Positions 25,059 to 37,050 of a stretch of 64,000 nt of DNA are shown piece by piece. The number at the start of each line of letters is the position of its first letter. Within the stretch, counting starts at the first letter, position 1. Below the pieces are notes generated by a model, which made no database searches, was not told where the DNA came from, and saw nothing but the letters and a program-made list of their open reading frames with translations. Source of the DNA: Octopus sinensis (Eukaryota); contig NC_043003.1 in the NCBI RefSeq assembly GCF_006345805.1, positions 30,814,001-30,878,000 on the forward strand, written 5' to 3'. The position numbers and the translations under genes were made by a program.

Positions 25059-25462
25059 ATGGTTGTGTGGTTTAAGTTTGCTTTTCAAGTACATTATTTT
25101 AGGTTCTCTATCACTGTCTTCTATTAGAGCCCTACGCTAACTAGAGTCTTGTGAGTGCATATAATAGACAGAAACTGAAAGGAGCTCATCTCTGTCTGTC
25201 TGTCTCACATGTATAAATGTCTATGTGCATGAGTGTGTGCTTGTCTCTTTGTCTTGACATTGTGTGATAGTTGTAAACAAACACCATCATCATACAAGCA
25301 GTGACATTCATTTGCAAGCCATTGTGTTTGAAAGTCTAGAAGAAATATTACTTTTCCTGGAACAAGTGAGGGTTGGTGACAGGAAGAGCATCCAGCCACA
25401 GAAAACCTACCACACTGAACTCTACTTGACCTTTGCATGAAATTAGAAGTAGATGTTAAAAA
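25059..25462 (+). mobile_element. old SINE with family B head and family C-like tail
   Basis: Head, then GACATTGTGTGATAGTTGTAAAC, then GGTTGGTGACAGGAAGAGCATCCAGCC...GATGTTAAA. Confidence 0.65.
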
Positions 25463-25898
25463 TGAATATATATATTAATGATAGAGAGCCAGCAGAATTG
25501 TGTATGTTGCGTAGGTGTAAAGCACATTGGCTGTTCTAAGATATGGACTCACAGCTAGTGTATTTCCAAACTGCTGGATCAATAATAATCATACACACAC
25601 ATGCGTGTTGGTTTTCTTCATTCTTAGAAAAATATTCTGTAATCTTTTGTAATCATATAGTCTTAGTGTCTGAGTAGTTTTTCGTATTGTGAAAAATAGA
25701 TTCTTCTTTCATTCATTATATAATTTATCTCATTGATTAGATAGAATTCTAGAGTCAACAATTTTAAGTTTGAAAACTTATTTTTTTCAGTTAACCATCA
25801 CATCTACTTTTAAACCATAGGGAGGGCTGTCCTTCTAGGACAAACTTGAGAACAGCTTGACTAGTTTTGACTGGTTATTGTCATCTTACAAAAGTATT

Positions 25899-26094
25899 TG
25901 CTCATGTTCATCCTTACAGAGGGAAAGAGTAACTTAGAGATGCTCTTAGGTAACAGGCACAAAGCTTACTCCTTTGCTTGTGAGACAGACTATACATGGA
26001 TAATCGCACGTGAGTAAAGTTAGCACCTGTTACTCAGAAATATTTTATAAGTAGCTTTAAGCTACTTCCTCTCTTTGGGGGATGAACATAAGTA
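25899..26094. repeat. decayed fold-back element
   Basis: 25899-25971 is an imperfect reverse complement of 26012-26094 (ATGTTCATCC/GGATGAACAT; GTAACAGG/CCTGTTAC; TTACTC/GAGTAA). Confidence 0.6.
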
Positions 26095-26725
26095 GACAAT
26101 CTTGACAAGGAAATAGACAATCTTAAGATAACCATAACCAATTGAAATTAGTGAAGCTCTTCACTGGTTCATCCTGCAGAGAGAGAAAGAGTGCGTGCGT
26201 GCGTGTGTGTGTGTATGTGTGAGAGGGAGAGTGAACTAGAGAGCTCTGGTCTGACCTGCAGTGACTCTATACACAGTGATGTTGAATGTAGGTTTATCAA
26301 ATGTATATATGTCAACTTAGTCACAGTGTTTTTTTTTAGCTTTTAGGTTGTTTTAGCTATTAAATTTAAGGTCATCATACTGGAATGGAATGCTGTTTTC
26401 AGAGTTGAATTTGTGTTTCCTCTCTGTGTATGTCCACGCATCTAATGTTTTTCCTTGCTATTTTTTTTTGTCTTTTTTAAATAATGTATGCCATTTTTAA
26501 TTGGTGGATCAATAAGTGGGTAAAGGCTGCTCTGATTTAGTTATAGCCATTTTCAGATGGTTGATTTGGGATGCTAGAAAGAAATTTCATTTAAATACCT
26601 TTTAAAAGTTTCAAGGGAAACTGGTCATGCTTCCCAAATCTTTGGATGAGTATTGTACAGTTGCAGGCCATTAAATGACACACTTTTACTGTATAAGTGC
26701 CTCTTTGTGTGTGTGTGTGCGTGTG

Positions 26726-26900
26726 TGGTGCTATATAAAAAGCACCTAACACACTCTGTAAAGTTGGCATCAGGAAGGGCATCCAGCTTTAGCAACTGTG
26801 CCAAAACAGATTGGAGCCTGGTGCAGCCCTCTAGCTTCTCAGTTCCTGTCAAACCATCCAGCCCATGCCTGCATAGAAAATGGATATTAATGATGATGAT
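26726..26900 (+). mobile_element. family C retroposon
   Basis: AAAAAGCACC, CAGGAAGGGCATCCAGC, (GAT)n tail. Confidence 0.8.
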
Positions 26901-26923
<23 letters not shown>

Positions 26924-26933
<10 letters not shown>

Positions 26934-27527
26934 ATGTATGTGTGTACATACACATGTATGTGCTTGTGTACATATGTGTGTGTATGTATGTGTGTACATA
27001 CACATGTATGTGCTTGTGTACATATGTGTGTGTATGTATGTGTGTACATACACATGTATGTGCTTGTGTACATATGTGTGTGTATGTATGTGTGTACATA
27101 CACATGTATGTGCTTGTGTATATGTGTGTGTATGTATGTGTGTACATACACATGTATGTGCTTGTGTATATGTGTGTGTATGTATGTGTGTACATACACA
27201 TGTATGTGCTTGTGTATATGTGTGTGTGTGTATGTATGTGTGTACATACACATGTATGTGCTTGTGTATATGTGTGTGTGTATGTATGTGCTTGTGTATA
27301 TGTGTGTGTGTATGTATGTGCTTGTGTATATGTGTGTGTGTGTATGTATGTGTGTACATACACATGTATGTGCTTGTGTGTATGTGTGTGTGTATGTATG
27401 TGTGTACATACACATGTATGTGCTTGTGTATATGTGTGTGTGTATGTATGTGTGTACATACACATGTATGTGCTTGTGTGTGTATATGTGTGTGTGTATG
27501 TATGTGTGTACATACACATGTATGTGC

Positions 27528-27575
<48 letters not shown>

Positions 27576-27608
27576 GTGTACATACACATGTATGTGTGTG
27601 TGTGTGTA
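26924..27608. repeat. 48-50-bp higher-order minisatellite built from TG/TA/CA dinucleotides
   Basis: Unit TGTGTACATACACATGTATGTGCTTGTGTACATATGTGTGTGTATGTATG starts at 26941, 26991, 27041, 27091, then length variants. Confidence 0.95.
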
Positions 27609-28128
27609 CAATTCTGTGTGTTTAATTCTTTGAATTTTTTTCTAAAGAAGGTATTGGTTTAGCTTTATCATTGGAATTCAAATAATGACATCAAAAGATA
27701 TATGTTGAATTTTCGGAAAGTTTTGTATATGTTTGCTTTTCCACTTAGAGATTTAATATATAGAGTGCGTGTTAGCTGGTGAGTTTTCTTTACTTGAAGA
27801 CCATAGCTTTTAGAGAGAACTGTTCCAGATGCTTATCAATACAAGTGTGAACTTATAAACTGGTTAGAGAAGTTGTAGGTTTTGAAGCAGATGTTCGCAG
27901 ATGTTATCTTTCTCACTGGTTTTGCACCGTGACCTTCCCAGCTATATATAATTTTGTTTTCTTGTCTCAAACAATTGCAGCAGGCCTGTAGTCCTTACTG
28001 TTGGCAGACATTTGTATGGGAATGTTCCACCAGCACCTCTTGTGTTGAAATGTATGAATGTATTCAATTTTTGAAAAGTTTTCTACATATGTCCTGGAGC
28101 TTTTCTGACCGATTGAGTTTTATATTAT

Positions 28129-28298
28129 TTAACTCTAGCATTTGAACCGGCCATATCTGGCCAAAATATTCTACCTCTTTTATGTTCAAACTGACCAGAT
28201 CCAGCATTTTCCACTGATCCTACAATGTCATTCTAAGAATATAACAGTCATATCATTGAAATATTGAAGCTACGAAATAATGCGTAATTAATTCAACA
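28129..28298 (+). mobile_element. TTAA-type MITE, 3'-truncated
   Basis: Homologous to 16080-16250. Confidence 0.75.
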
Positions 28299-28809
28299 TC
28301 ATGCTATATTGAATGGTAATACCTTGATATTTTTTAGCAGCTACTGATCATGTGTAATGTAATGTCTTCCACAAAGATGTAACATAATTGACATTTTCAA
28401 TTGCATTTTCGTGGTTCAGTATTTCACATTTGTTTAAAAGGTATTTTTTTCATTTTATGTGTGTAGGCATGACAGAATAATCAAGAAGTTGGCTTTCTAA
28501 TCATGAGCTTCTGGATTTGATCTCACTGCGCGGCACCTTAGGAAAATGTTATTTTTCACATAATACATTTTATTTTGGTTGTACAGACACACACTGAACC
28601 TGAACCTGAACCATGTGGTTGGGAAGCAAACTTTTGAACCAAAAGAAAATGTAATTTATTATTTTCAATAAGTTGATTATCTTGATTCAAATATTGGCTA
28701 TACTAAATCTGGCAAAAGATATCTAGAAAAAATATTGGTGCTTTTGAAAATTACTGATTCCATAGAACATAAAGTCAGTATTGTTGCTTGTCTATTAAGG
28801 GCATAGTAA

Positions 28810-29900
28810 ACCTTACTGTGCAACCATTTAATGATTAAGAACATACCATTTAAATGGACAGATAACTGTCAAAGTTTTGATGACTTGAAAGAAATGACAG
28901 ATCACACAATTCATGTATTGCACTGAAAATTGCCACTAATTTTTGTAGTAGATGTGTCACCAGTCTCTGTTGGAGCAGTTTTGCTACAAAGTAAAAGTGG
29001 GGGTTGAACAAAGCTCATGCCTTTAAAACATTAAATGCACATCAATGACCAGCATCCGCTTTCCATGCTGGCGTGGGTTAAGATGATTTTACTGGAACTG
29101 GTAAGCTGGAGAACTGTACCTGGTTCCAGTCTGATCTATCATGGTTTCTACAGCTGGATACCCAATGACATTTTGAATTAATCATTGATCATAAGACACT
29201 AACAGATATTATCACCAAATAAAAATATACTGGTGCTTCAATCTTTGCAATTACAATGTTGGGTGGCTTTCTTGGTGTCTTTCAAATATATGATATAATA
29301 TAAAGCTCTGAAGCAATATTGAAAATGCCAATGCGTTCTTAAGACTACTGATAGGATTTAATTAGAATTTTGATGGAAGATGTAAAAATCATTCTATCTG
29401 GATTTGTTTGAAATTATTCATGTAAGTTTTGATGGTATGCCAGTTACCACTAAAGAAATTGAATCAGCCATGAAGTCTGACATTGATATTATTTGAATTA
29501 ATTGATCAATAATGGGTGACCAGTAAAACTGAATTTTGATGATGAACTGTAAGAGAATATAGGATAAATTGTGATGCAATTAATTGTCATGGGAATTTAA
29601 TCTTGAAGTCCAATTCTCGTGGAGTAATTATTCTAAAAATATTCCAAAATTAAATTGTGATCATCTGCATGAATGTCAATGGGATATGGCCTAAATGAAT
29701 TGAATGATTCGTAGATACTGTTATTGGTCAAAAATGCAATCCAGTGCAGATGTGATAGCCAAATCATGTCCAGCATGTCAATCAATTGCTGCTGCATCTG
29801 ATTAAGAATCTAAACAGTGGATAAAATCATCTGGACCATAGTAATAAATACATATGAACTACCTTAGACCATTTTTACTGACAAAAGTATGGCTAAAGAT
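28810..29900 (+). pseudogene. Ty3/Gypsy pol relic (RT connection, RNase H, integrase Zn finger, start of core)
   Basis: PFKWTDNCQSFDDLK, LPLIFVVDVSPVSVGAVLLQ, HFELIIDHKTL, NANAFLRL, HLHECQW..YCYWSKM..AKSCPACQ, IHMNYLRPF; many stops and frameshifts. Confidence 0.85.
29050..29162 (-). mobile_element. family C fragment inserted in the Gypsy relic
   Basis: CCGCTTTCCATGCTGGCGTGGG...TTTCTACAGCTGGATACCC. Confidence 0.75.
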
Positions 29901-30036
29901 AACGGAGAAAGAAATATGGACATGATAGTTAATTTGTTGGGATAAACTGGAAAAGACTGTCATGGGACCTGCAAGCTAACCTCTGCCTTAGCTGGAAATG
30001 ACCTTAAAATGTTTGTTGTGCTATATTGTATTATTA

Positions 30037-30232
30037 GAGCTAGCAGAATCGTTAGCATGCCAGGCAAAATGCTTAGTGGCATTTCACTCGTCTTTATGTT
30101 TTGAGTTCAAATTCCACCAAAGTTGACTTTGACTTTCATCCTTTCAGGGTTAATAAATTAACTACCAGTCAAATGTGATCGACTTATCCCTCCCTACAAA
30201 TTTGAGGCCTTGTGCTTATAGCAAAAGGACTA
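30037..30232 (+). mobile_element. SINE family A
   Basis: GCAGAATCGTTAGCATGCC...GAGTTCAAATTCC...CTTTCATCCTTTCAGGG. Confidence 0.85.
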
Positions 30233-30559
30233 TTTTAATGATTCAATAACAACTTTTATGCTGAAGTAAAATTTGAATGAGCTGGAAGTGTGGTTGGGAA
30301 GAAATCTTTTTTTTAATGGTTTGAAACTTGAAGAAATGCAAAATTACATGTATAATGAGAATATAGAATATATTATTTCACATCAATTAATAATTCTTCT
30401 AATATTCATTTAAGTTTTATATATTCATATGTATGTATGCATTTATTATATTAGTCTCTGAAATAGAACATGTATGAAGCAGAGAGTGTAATGGTATAGA
30501 ATGGTGTTATATTGCAGTTCAGATGCTATAACAACAATGGTGTTCTATCGCAACAGTTC

Positions 30560-30960
30560 ATGCTTGCTTTTCTTTTCAGTTCTCTTCTTTCAACTCTTCC
30601 TAATCTTCCCCATTCTTTCTCACTCTCATATTCTCCTGTTATCCCTCCACTTGTTCATTTTCACCCTCTTATTCCTTTCCTATCCATCTTTGATCCATTC
30701 CCATGTTATTCTTTATTCTTTCTGTGTCTTACCAACACCTCTGTTCTTTCTCTCCCTATTATTTTTTGTTCTGTTTTTCTGGGTTGCTATTACTTTCTTC
30801 AACTCTCCCTACGCCTCCATAATTTTCTTGTACTATAGTATATTGGTGTTGGTTATACTGTAAAGTTATCTAGGTTTACAAATCCACACCTAACATGATG
30901 CTCCACTTCTTCCACCACTCTCACTAGACTCACTGGTCAACCTAAATTTATGCAATATAT
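30560..30960 (-). pseudogene. possible very old CR1-like RT relic
   Basis: Minus-strand PVSLVRVVEKK (cf. RPVSLTSVVCK) and WIKDG*ERNKRVKMN (cf. WI..l..R.qrV.vn). Confidence 0.35.
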
Positions 30961-31617
30961 ACAACTATGTTTCATAATTCTATGCATGTTGTAGTGGATC
31001 TTTTGTACCATCAATAACTCAAAGTCTAAGGTCTGATATAACATTGAAAATTGGTGTTTCACTTTGACCTATGTAGTGTTAAGTAGCTGAGAAACTAATC
31101 TCTTTGGACAGAATGCTAGCCTATTGCAGATAACTTTTCTTTTACATCTGTTGCTGGCTCTGCATCTCAATAGACTGATGTAAATGATCAAAACCCCAGG
31201 ATTTGAAAAGTTGGTGGGTGAGCTTCTATGTGGTTGCTTTATTTACTAGCATCAGTAGCCAAATCTTGAAATTATGGCCTATTGTCTTTAAAAAAAAGTA
31301 AGAAATTGGATTGTCGTGGCTGCGAGGTCTTTGCTCACAAGTTCACTCATTGAAGGCTGACTCGAGGCTCAACAACAACTGATGTAATTTACATAAGTAT
31401 TTTGTCTGGAGAAAAGGGCAAAGTCAACATAAGAATATGAGCTTGCAACCTGCTAGTTTCTTGTTTGATCATCTCCATGTACCAGGCTTGCAGGCTTCAA
31501 TGATCATGGACCTCCTCCACCTTTCGCCTCATACACAACCTAGCAGATTATGGGTTAGTCTTTCTGTAGCTAGTTAGTAAGGCTGTCAAATGTTTTCTTT
31601 CACTATCTTGCCCGGTT

Positions 31618-31801
31618 TCTTCCCCAACATTGCTTGACAACTGATGCTGGTGTGTTTATGTCCCTGTAACTTAGCAATTCGGCAAAAGAGACTAATAGAA
31701 TAAGTACTAGGCTTATAAAGAATAAGTCCTGGGGTCAATGTGCTCGACTAAAGGCAGTGCTCCAGCATGGCCGCAGCCAAATGACTGAAAAAGTAAAAGA
31801 A
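31618..31801 (+). mobile_element. SINE family B, 3' half
   Basis: GCTTGACAACTGATGCTGGTG...CTCCAGCATGGCCGCAG...GTAAAAGA. Confidence 0.85.
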
Positions 31802-32267
31802 TATATGTAACCAAAATACTATTTTACTTTTTCCTCAATTTCTGTGAAAACACTTTGCTCACCAAAAATACTGTACTAATTTTATTGTATTAATCTGTTT
31901 CTTTTCTTTCTAACCAGTATCTTTTGCCAGTGATGATTGTAGTGGTTGGTGATATTTAGCATTCTTATTTCTTTTTCGTTAAGGATATAGAAGTTATCAG
32001 AAAAATGAACACACCCTATGGTCTTTCAGCTACCTAAAATGCAAAAACATTGGCCTATAACTTGGAACATGCATCCATACGTATGCGTGCACACACACAC
32101 ACACAATTATATATTAAGATGATTGTTTCTTATCTTGTTCTGTACAATATCAATGTTCTTGCAGCTCTAACCAGAAGGGCTGCCTTGCATAGAATTGAAG
32201 TTTTCAGTGATATTTCTATGACTTTGCGGGTTATATAACACCACCTCCCCTACTACCATAACTACCG

Positions 32268-32490
32268 TAGAGGCAGCCTCTATTTGGCTGCTCAACCTGC
32301 TAGAAATAGCTGCCAAACTTCCCTAAGTTATGCCATAACATCCTGAAAATTAAAAACTATATTGGTTAATTTTGTTTTAGATATATAATGCTTGAGAGAA
32401 GGGCAGAATGGTTATGGTTGGAATGCCTTTGAGCATAGATTTATTCAGTCACAGCAGGCTTGGGGTTAAACAGCAGCTACAACAACAAAA
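32268..32490 (+). mobile_element. family E repeat, representative copy
   Basis: CTCAACCTGCTAGAAATAGCTGCCAAAC...GGAATGCCTTTGAGCATAG...TGGGGTTAAACAGCAGCTACAACAAC. Confidence 0.75.
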
Positions 32491-33667
32491 CTGCATTGAC
32501 TTTCAAGGAGAAAACAAGAATGTGAATGTAATTCATTCCGCGAAACTAAAGACGATTGTGGTTGATTAGTGTGAGTGTGTGTATTCTGTTTACTTTATTG
32601 ATCATATCATTTAGGTCGAATTCCCTCTCCACTCATACCTTCTTCCTTTTAGAAGAAATTGGATACATCTATCAAATCACTTCTCTCCAGCAATATTATT
32701 TTTTAAAATTTTTTTATTTGTAAAAAATCTTTATATTTTTGTATTTTCATTGTTTATATTTACTCATTATTACAAAATGTTAATTGCACTGTTGCAGTGT
32801 ACCAATTTTAAACTCTTTGTTTTGCAAGAATCAGTTAATATATACAATATGTCTGTTGATGGAATTAAGAGAAACATGTGCAAGTCAGTGGTGTATTGAT
32901 TTTTGTTTTTCTTTCTTTCTTTTTTACTCTTTGAAAATTTAGCTTGTCGTCACATTTAGTGTATGCTCGGTCTTCCTTCTACTTTTGTGTCTGTTTTATA
33001 TAATCATATACTTAAAAAAAAAAAGTTTCTCATGTTTATGTATAGGTGTGTATGTTGATTTTAGCTTCTGGTCATCTCTAATCAAATAGATTGGGGGTCA
33101 GCAAAATGGGGTAAAAACGAAATTCTTGGGGGTAACGAGGACTCATTAGACATAAGTAAAACTATATAAAAAACATGTTCCTTGTTATGAGGAGGTAGTC
33201 AAAATGTTGTTGACTTTTGTAACAACCTACCTTTGCAAACAAGGATTTTCATTCTAATGAACATGAAAACAAAGCAGAGTGATCGATTGCACCCTGATGA
33301 CTGTATCTAAATTTCTCTGGCACCAAAATGCCCCAATTTTGATGTAATGGTAACAAAAATGAAACGTCATTTCTCCAAAACTTGAAGTGAAAAAGTTTCT
33401 GGAAAAATTCTCTTGTTTCATAATGAGGATATTAATTTGTTTTATAGTTTTTATATTTATAATTGCACTGTCTATAAAAATAAATTCAATAAGAATCAAT
33501 GATTTTCTTCTTTCCAAATCAAGGTTGGCATAAATATATTTTGGGGTAATTGGTTAAAAAAGTTTCCCAACCCCTGAAGTTGATCAGTGCTCAAAAGCAC
33601 TCCAATCTGTTATTTTAACCATTTTTAAGATGGTTAGGTGTTATGTGAAGGAGTGTATAAAATAGAG

Positions 33668-33804
33668 CAGCCATGGGCAATCTGTGGCCCATGGACACAC
33701 CTAACAAAACAGAAAAATGACCGTCACTTCTTTTAGTAGTGTAGTTTGCCTGATATTGAGCCAAATCATGTGGTCTGCTTTTCAAAAAAGGTTGTCCATT
33801 CCTG
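33668..33804. mobile_element. short hAT/Charlie-like MITE
   Basis: TIRs CAGCCATGGGCAA / TTGTCCATTCCTG; flanks AAATAGAG / CACTAGAG (6/8 match). Confidence 0.6.
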
Positions 33805-33889
33805 CACTAGAGGTTCTTAATATTCTTGACTTTATAGTGCACTAAATATCAAATAAAAACTACTGATGTACCTAAGATAGAGAAAAAAA

Positions 33890-34400
33890 AGGCAACACTT
33901 TTTTCCCTTGTATTTCCTAAGATTTCTAATCAAGTGATTTGTCTCTCTATTAATTTTCATCCTTTCATTGTTGTTGTTCCCTCCAGTAAGAAATGTTCCT
34001 CCTCTAATAGTTTCTTTCCTCAAGTATCTGTCTTATGGACCACTCTTCTTTCTTGTTTTCTAGACAGATATGATCTTGACTCTTTAAGCATTCAGATTAC
34101 TCTGTCAAATGCATTGCTTATTCACATTGTTTTGAATTTATCATGCATTATCTCATAGGTTTTAGATTTTAATGATATTGTTTATTTTTTTAGAATGACA
34201 TGGTAGGGTAGGTGTGACAGGTCCAATCTGGCTGGTTTGAACATAAAAAGGTTGGCTATTTGGGCTGGATATGACCAGTTTAAATGCTAAGAGGTTAATT
34301 CTTTTAAATCTTGTGTTGACTATTTTTAAAGACATTCTTTTCATTCTTTTCCTTTTGTAACTCTCAACATACGAGGTGGTTGCTTGAGGCTGTTCAAGCT
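33890..34400 (+). pseudogene. LINE ORF2 C-terminus and 3' UTR (CR1/L2 group), interrupted by a MITE
   Basis: FHPFIVVVP..NSFFPQVSVLWTTL.SCFLDRYDL, resuming NSFKSCVDYF* after the MITE. Confidence 0.7.
34076..34298 (-). mobile_element. TTAA-type (piggyBac-like) MITE, full length
   Basis: TTGA...TTAA flanks, TIRs CTCTTTAAGCATT / AATGCTAAGAGG; reverse-complement homolog of 16080-16307. Confidence 0.8.
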
Positions 34401-34787
34401 TGGTTGCTGGCCACCTCGGAAGTAACTTCCAATGAATAAAGAAAAAGTTCAAAATTTTGACATACCAGATCTACTGAGGCTATAGTAGAAGACACTTGCC
34501 CAAGGTGCCATGCAGTGGGAGTGAACCTGAAAGCATGTGATCAGGGAGCAAACTTCTTACCATATATCCATGCCTCCACCTAACACATTTTTTAAATGCT
34601 CAAATGCTAGTATGGATTTTTTGAAGTCTCATATATTCAAAAAAAAAAAATTATGGCACACTTGCTTACCCTTTGCAGCATGTCAGTGTGACACTGTGCA
34701 TTATTTGAGAACCATTGGCAAAGATGTTCTCTGGTTTTTCACATGAGTGATTGATCATAGGAAGCTGTCAAGCACATACATATGAGC

Positions 34788-35189
34788 CAGGCATGTACCG
34801 TCAGTAATTATTCAGGATAGGCAGTTGGTGATGTTTATGTAGTAAAACACACACAAAAAAAAAGCAAAACACAGGCATGTGACTGAGTTGGAGGCAGATT
34901 TACTTCTGCCTTTATAGCACGTAAAGAAAACGTAGGAATGTATGCAGCATGTGTACTACGGCAGTACTATGTGTAGCTTTAATACTGAGATTGAAAGGCA
35001 GGGGTTAATTATGCCTACCTAATCTACAAAAACTAAAGTATTTTGCATTTTATGCATAGTAATCTGAGTAATCTTCATAATTTTATTGAATTAGGTGCAT
35101 ATTTTGCCATAAAAGGAAAATGTTACTATCGATCTATTTTATTCAGGGTAGGCACTGCCTACCTTGCTTACCCAGATGGCATGTCCCTG
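34788..35189. mobile_element. hAT-type non-autonomous element with perfect 8-bp TSD
   Basis: TSD ATATGAGC at 34780-34787 and 35190-35197; TIRs CAGGCATGTACCGTC / GATGGCATGTCCCTG (10/15 match). Confidence 0.8.
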
Positions 35190-36825
35190 ATATGAGCACA
35201 TGGATGAGGAGTCAAAGCTGACAAAAAGGTCAGGTGTTAGTATTTTGTCATGACACTGTTGTGTCTATGGAAAGATACCAAACTCTTGAATGGCCCAACA
35301 TACAAAACTGTAAATAGGTACCATAGGAGGGGAGCGACTGATTGCTTTAGGCAACAACTGCACTATAAAATAACAAGTGTTTTAATGACATGTAGTACTG
35401 GGCTCAACTCTTCCTGTCTGAATGGTCAGAAGAGAATGAGTTGTTGAGGGTGTCTTTATATGACTCTTGCTAGAAATAAGTCATATCTCACTTATAACAA
35501 ATTGTAGTGTATTTGAGGGACTAGATTCTGCTGGTGTCATTTAGGTACTAGTTAGTCTCTATATCCCTTGATAACTATTACTATAAATAGTTGATTTGAT
35601 TGTTAGACAACTGAGTGGTATTTGCAGCTACAATATGCATCTAACATTGTCTTAGTGTTATGTCACAATAACATACCATGTCCCTTGAAAAAAGATTTTT
35701 TTAAGGCCTAACATGCCAAATAGTTTATGACCTAACATACATATATATTAGCAGAGTTCACTCTGATGCAAGCATTTGAACATTGAGCTGCAGGATATTG
35801 ACTTTATCAGTGTTACAATTTAAAGATGGTCTCCATGATCATGATCACAACCTCTCCTTATCTTATGAACTTGAAAACAATACATATGTACCCCCCCCCC
35901 ACACACACACGTGAGTGCATAATTACAGAGACACTTTCTTTGCCCTCTGGAATGTTGCATTCTTTCATCCTATCACCATACAACCAGCTGCACATGCAGA
36001 AACCTGTGTCTTGCTACTATTGTCTTCTTACAAAACCATGCCCTGAGTGTGCTTTGATGCACCCTATACACAAGCAAGTACTGTAGGAATATAGTGCATC
36101 TGTGACATGGTGTCAGACTAGACTGAAATATGGTGTGTGTGTGTGTGTGTGTGTGTATTACAACCAAATACACATGCACATAGCTGCTCTTAAGCTAACC
36201 TGTAGTAAAAAAAAAGCAACAACAAAAAACAAACAAAAAGTACAAACAAAAGGAAGGAAAATGCATATCTATAACATTGACTATTTTTCTCTTGTCAAAT
36301 ATGATACTGCTCTTCTGGCAAAAAAGAAAAAGATAAATTATCATTATTATTAATATTATTTGTGTAGCCTAGAGCTTCAGGAATTATCAAGTGTATTTTT
36401 AGGTTACATTCCAATTGTTATTAGCTGAGAGAATACAACATTTCGATATCAGGACACTATTCTGCTATGAGATTATCACGCACAGATAACTAGATCTATC
36501 TTTATATGGTTTAATCTATTTACTTGTTTCTTAGTATTGTTAGACAAGAGGTGCTTAGTCTGCAGAAATTTCCTGGTTTGGAGTAAACTATCTGATGTGT
36601 TGTAGACGTGTTGTGAACTTGGGACGACATTTGGAGTTCTGGCTGGGACAAACCTTGGGCATACATGGTAAAATAGCTATTTTCTTTGGAAATTATATAT
36701 ATCATTTGTATCATTTATTTTTCTTTATTGAAAAAATAATAACAGAAATTCTCAAAACAGGAACAACTATTAATATGTCCTAAAACAAAAACATAGCCTG
36801 TTATAATCATCATCTTTGGTTTTGT

Positions 36826-37050
36826 TTCTCTTGTTTAGCTGTGGGTCAGTGCAGGATTGAGCTGATTTATTACTAAAAGCATTCCACCTGTAATATCCCA
36901 CATCTTTTTTTTTAATTAAAAAATATTTTTTATTTAGATGTTGTATTTCTAGAACTAAATTATTCAATGTTCTTCTTTTTCTAACATGAATAATTTGAGG
37001 AGATTTAGATGCTATTTCTGGCAGGTTGAGCAACAACATAGAAGCTTTTG
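36826..37050 (-). mobile_element. family E repeat (further + copies at ~37270, 37815, 38400)
   Basis: TTGAGGAGATTTAGATGCTATTTCTGGCAGGTTGAGCAAC, reverse complement of the core. Confidence 0.7.

Noticed and set aside
26625-27662. Six overlapping 200-330 aa ORFs (His/Thr or Val/Cys rich)
   Set aside because: Translation of a stop-free dinucleotide minisatellite, open in all frames
30501-30863. 120-aa hydrophobic ORF
   Set aside because: By-product of a CT-rich strand; the opposite strand shows weak LINE motifs instead
33091-33576. Possible hAT MITE (GGGGTCAGCAAA ... TTTCCCAACCCCTG)
   Set aside because: TIR match is weak and no TSD found
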